Source of the DNA: Candidatus Latescibacterota bacterium
GTDB taxonomy: Bacteria; Latescibacterota; UBA2968
NCBI GenBank assembly: GCA_965198115.1
Contig: OZ240241.1
Coordinates: 5,568,001-5,632,000, forward strand
Direction of reading: 5' to 3'
Length of the DNA stretch: 64,000 nt
The notes beneath the pieces are model-generated. The model was not told the origin of the DNA and searched no databases. It worked only from the letters and a program-made list of their open reading frames with translations. The position numbers were made by a program, and so were the translations under genes. How positions within the stretch are numbered: position 1 is the stretch's first letter; each line of letters begins with the position of its first letter. Positions 61,092 to 64,000 of the stretch are shown one piece after another.

Positions 61092-62200
61092 TGGCGCTCC
61101 CTCGAACGAAGGAAGAGAACGGCATCCTGTCGGAGCAGGAACAGAAGGACGGGGTACCTCCATCGCAGACCTACGGTCAGCTCGTTTGGGGGCAGTTCAG
61201 GAAGAACCGACTTGCCGTCGCTTCACTCTACTGCATCGCAGCGATCGCGGTTTTGGCATTGGCAGCCGACCTGATCGCGGGAAACAAACCCTACCACATG
61301 GTCTACCGCGGAAAGACCTTCTATCCGGCTTTTCGACAGTATGCCGTCTATGTCGGTGACGGGTTTCGAGCGGTCGGATGGCAGAATCCGCCTGATTTCC
61401 TGCGGTGGCCGAAAGAGCTCAGACGCCGGAAAAACTTCAAGAAATACCGCGCCGATTCGTCCATCCTTCCGCTCATCCCCTACGACCCCAAAGAGGTCCG
61501 TCTCCGGAGTAATTACGAGCCCCCAAGCGGCGAACACTGGCTGGGCACCGATCGGCTCGGACGCGACGTCATGTCGGGGCTGGTCCACGGAACACGCTAT
61601 GCCCTCACCATCGGCCTCGTGTCGGTCGGCATCTCCTTGCTCATCGGCATCACACTCGGTGCGTGCGCCGGCTACTTTGGGGGATGGATCGACATCGGAC
61701 TTTCGCGTGTGTTCGAACTCTGGTCCGCCATCCCGACCCTGCTGTTGATCATCACTGCGTCTGCCTTCTTTCCAGCCAGCCTGTTCTTCGTCATGGTCAT
61801 CATCGGCTTGACCGGGTGGGTGAGCATCGCGCGGCTCACACGGTCCCAGTTCTTCCAGGTGCGCGGAAACGAGTACGTGGCCGCCGCGCGGGCACTCGGC
61901 TACTCGGATATACGCATCATGTTCATCCACATCCTCCCCAACGCGATCGCGCCCGTCTTAGTCCCCGCGGCCTTCGGTGTCGCCGGCGCTATTCTCCTGG
62001 AATCCGGGCTCAGCTTTCTCGGCGTGGGCGTGCCCGCCGAATCGATCACGTGGGGAGCCATACTCGCGGGCGCACGAAGCAATACCTCCGCCTGGTGGCT
62101 CGTCGTGGTACCCGGCATCGCCATCTTCCTCACGGTCACGGTCTATAACCTTCTGGGAGACGGTCTCCGGGATGCGCTTGATCCCAAGATGAAGGAGTGA
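61091..62200 (+). CDS. Peptide ABC permease (OppC/DppC-like)
   Basis: HWLGTDRLGRD, EYVAAARALG, HILPN, LSFLGVG, GDGLRDALDPK. Confidence 0.93.
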   Translation: MALPRTKEENGILSEQEQKDGVPPSQTYGQLVWGQFRKNRLAVASLYCIAAIAVLALAADLIAGNKPYHMVYRGKTFYPAFRQYAVYVGDGFRAVGWQNPPDFLRWPKELRRRKNFKKYRADSSILPLIPYDPKEVRLRSNYEPPSGEHWLGTDRLGRDVMSGLVHGTRYALTIGLVSVGISLLIGITLGACAGYFGGWIDIGLSRVFELWSAIPTLLLIITASAFFPASLFFVMVIIGLTGWVSIARLTRSQFFQVRGNEYVAAARALGYSDIRIMFIHILPNAIAPVLVPAAFGVAGAILLESGLSFLGVGVPAESITWGAILAGARSNTSAWWLVVVPGIAIFLTVTVYNLLGDGLRDALDPKMKE

Positions 62201-62248
62201 AACAAAAGAGGACAGAAGGCAGAGGACGGAAGACTGAGTAGCACACCG

Positions 62249-62273
62249 GTGGGAGCAGCCTCCCGGCTGCGAA
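62249..62273 (+). repeat. GTGG-type REP-like hairpin followed by GGTCGGC heptamers
   Basis: GTGGGA-GCAGCC-TCCC-GGCTGC-GAA. Confidence 0.4.
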
Positions 62274-62340
62274 CTGGTCGGCGGTCGGCGGTCGGCGGTC
62301 GACGGAAAACGCTATGATCAAGTCAGGCAAAAGAAGAACG

Positions 62341-62824
62341 ATGATTGCGATACTCGCCACGCTGCTAGTTGCATCGATGTCCTACGCGCAGGATTCCCCG
62401 GCGAAAGTGCCTTGTGATTCGGTTGAACAGCGGCAGTTCGATTTCTGGGTAGGCGACTGGGATCTGTCGTGGGAGGGCGGCAAGGGGGCGAACCGCATCG
62501 CGAAGATCCTTAACGAATGCGTTGTTCAGGAAACCTTCGACGGTGCGCCAATGCTCCGAGGCCTCAGCGTATCGACCTACGACAAAGCCAATAAACTCTG
62601 GCGGCAGACCTGGGTTGATGACGATGGGTCGTATCTCGACTTCACCGGCGGCCTGGTCGACGGCCAAATGACCCTCAGCCGGAGCGCAGAGCGGGAAGGA
62701 AAGACGTTCCTTCAGAGGATGATATGGTACAACGTCTCTCCCGACTCGTTGTGGAGCGCTCGAAGACGATGGCGCAAGCTGGAAGGTCCTCTGGAAGATC
62801 CATTACGAACGCAGTTCCGATTGA
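62341..62824 (+). pseudogene. Secreted DUF1579-like protein, frameshifted near 62750-62762
   Basis: PC...QFDFWVGDW, WRQTWVD; the plausible C-terminus EDDGASWKVLWKIHYERSSD* is in another frame. Confidence 0.65.
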
Positions 62825-62920
62825 GGATGGTCACATTGCGATTCCTGATTCCATAAACCGGCGCGGTCGGAACCAAGTGTCTGGAGTGGTGATACGCAAC
62901 TGAGGGACGAAGAAAATGGT

Positions 62921-63033
62921 TGTCACCCCGGTACGCTTCTTAGCCGCCTGTCCTGAGCCTGTCGAAGGAGGGCCCATTTTGACTTTCGCGAAGATCAAAA
63001 TGGATCCCGGCTCAGAACACCGCCGGGATGACA
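62921..63033. repeat. REP/MITE-like palindromic element, copy 2 (with a nested short REP)
   Basis: TGTCACCCCGG...CCGGGATGACA terminal inverted repeats; core shared with 28355-28436. Confidence 0.75.
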
Positions 63034-63118
63034 GCGTCTTTCGGTTATCTACACACCAATAGGATTTCCTATTCACAATTTCATAATTCCCTGATACCCT
63101 AATTTCACAATTGTCTCA

Positions 63119-64000
63119 ATGGCACAAGCATACACACCAGGTCTCCGAGTCACCCGACACGCGACCCTGATCAAGGAACGCCGGCTCCCTCTTTCCGGCG
63201 ACGTACTCGTTTCCGTAGGGGATCAGGTCGTTCGTGACCAGGAGGTTGCACGCACGGACCTGCCGGGCAACGTCACGTCCCTGAACCTCGTGAACCGTCT
63301 CAGTATCACGCCCGTCGAATTGCCTGGTTACATGCTCAAGCAAGAGGGAGAAACCATCGAGCAGGGCGAACCCATCGCGGAAACGCGTCCCTGGATCAAA
63401 TGGCTGAAGACCACGATCGAGTCACCCATCACCGGAACGATCGAAAGCATATCGACCGTGACGGGCCAGGTCCTCCTGCGTGAGCCACCACGACCGGTTG
63501 TCGTTCATGCCTACGTCGACGGCACCGTCGTCGACATCCACAAGGGGCAGGGTGTGGACGTAGAAACGAGCGGGCCCTATATTCAGGGGATTTTTGGAGT
63601 AGGCGGCGAAACGTGGGGCACGCTCAAGCGCGTGTGCGATCGCCCCGACGAGGACCTCACACCCGCATCGGCTGCCGACGCCGAAGGATCCATCATCCTG
63701 GCCGGGCGCCAGCTGACGCTCGAAGCCATAGAAAAAGCCCGAGACGCCGGCGCCATCGGAGTGATCGGTGGCTGCATCGAAGACAGCGACCTTCGGGCCC
63801 TCCTCGGTTACGACCTGGGCGTCGCCATTACGGGAGCCGAAGCGATCGGGCTGACCGTCATCGTGACCGAAGGGTTCGGATCCATCGCGATGGCTGCCCG
63901 GACCTTCGAAATCCTCAGCGAGAACGACGGCCAGGAATGCTCGATATCGGGTGCAACGCAGATCCGGGCGGGCGTGCAACGTCCCGAGATTATCTTCCCC
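63119..64000 (+). CDS. Conserved hypothetical protein with hybrid-motif-like segments (runs off the window end)
   Basis: Not in the track. Manual translation MAQAYTPGLRV...RRLPLSGDVLV..GD.V...SPITGTIESISTVTGQVLLRE...QGIFGVGGE...TEGFG. Confidence 0.75.
   Translation, partial: MAQAYTPGLRVTRHATLIKERRLPLSGDVLVSVGDQVVRDQEVARTDLPGNVTSLNLVNRLSITPVELPGYMLKQEGETIEQGEPIAETRPWIKWLKTTIESPITGTIESISTVTGQVLLREPPRPVVVHAYVDGTVVDIHKGQGVDVETSGPYIQGIFGVGGETWGTLKRVCDRPDEDLTPASAADAEGSIILAGRQLTLEAIEKARDAGAIGVIGGCIEDSDLRALLGYDLGVAITGAEAIGLTVIVTEGFGSIAMAARTFEILSENDGQECSISGATQIRAGVQRPEIIFP

Noticed and set aside
62205-62305. Short tandem repeats (AGAGGACRGAAG, GGTCGGC x3) and AATTTCAC-like repeats at about 63070-63112 as a possible CRISPR array
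   Set aside because: Units are too short, there are no unique spacers and no cas genes.

Overview
GC-rich bacterial chromosome segment. T9SS/PorV-type genes and a DFNxDGxIDFxDFLxF dockerin-like C-terminus suggest an FCB-superphylum organism, most like Latescibacterota (inference). Contents, left to right: (1) an aromatic amino-acid supraoperon on the minus strand (trpE-G-D-C-F, tyrS, a catalytically degenerate beta-lactamase-fold protein, trpB-A, chorismate mutase, DAHP synthase, tyrA), preceded by a sigma70 promoter, an unannotated 30-aa leader peptide with an FYWF tract and a UUCG-loop terminator; (2) ABC/FtsX, CtpA, RfbD-like, YyaL-like and Trm112-like genes; (3) a PorV-led operon of secreted and outer-membrane metallopeptidase-like proteins; (4) a lipid kinase, an ArsR regulator and a lipoprotein; (5) a TonB receptor / T9SS-cargo / PorV locus plus a NarL-type two-component system, carrying several frameshifts, an in-frame TAG and a 36-bp internal inversion; (6) a four-gene operon (fatty acyl reductase, PlsC-type acyltransferase, eukaryote-like alkyl-DHAP synthase, SDR) that mirrors the peroxisomal ether-lipid pathway, which is the top finding; (7) ndk-yceD-rpmF-fabH-D-G-acpP-fabF-rnc-lipoyl ligase, with no plsX; (8) an orphan GlmL-like ATPase, a peptide ABC transporter without ATPase, REP-like repeats and a truncated conserved gene. 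No rRNA, tRNA, CRISPR array or transposase was recognised. All functional calls come from motif recognition by eye, with no database search.
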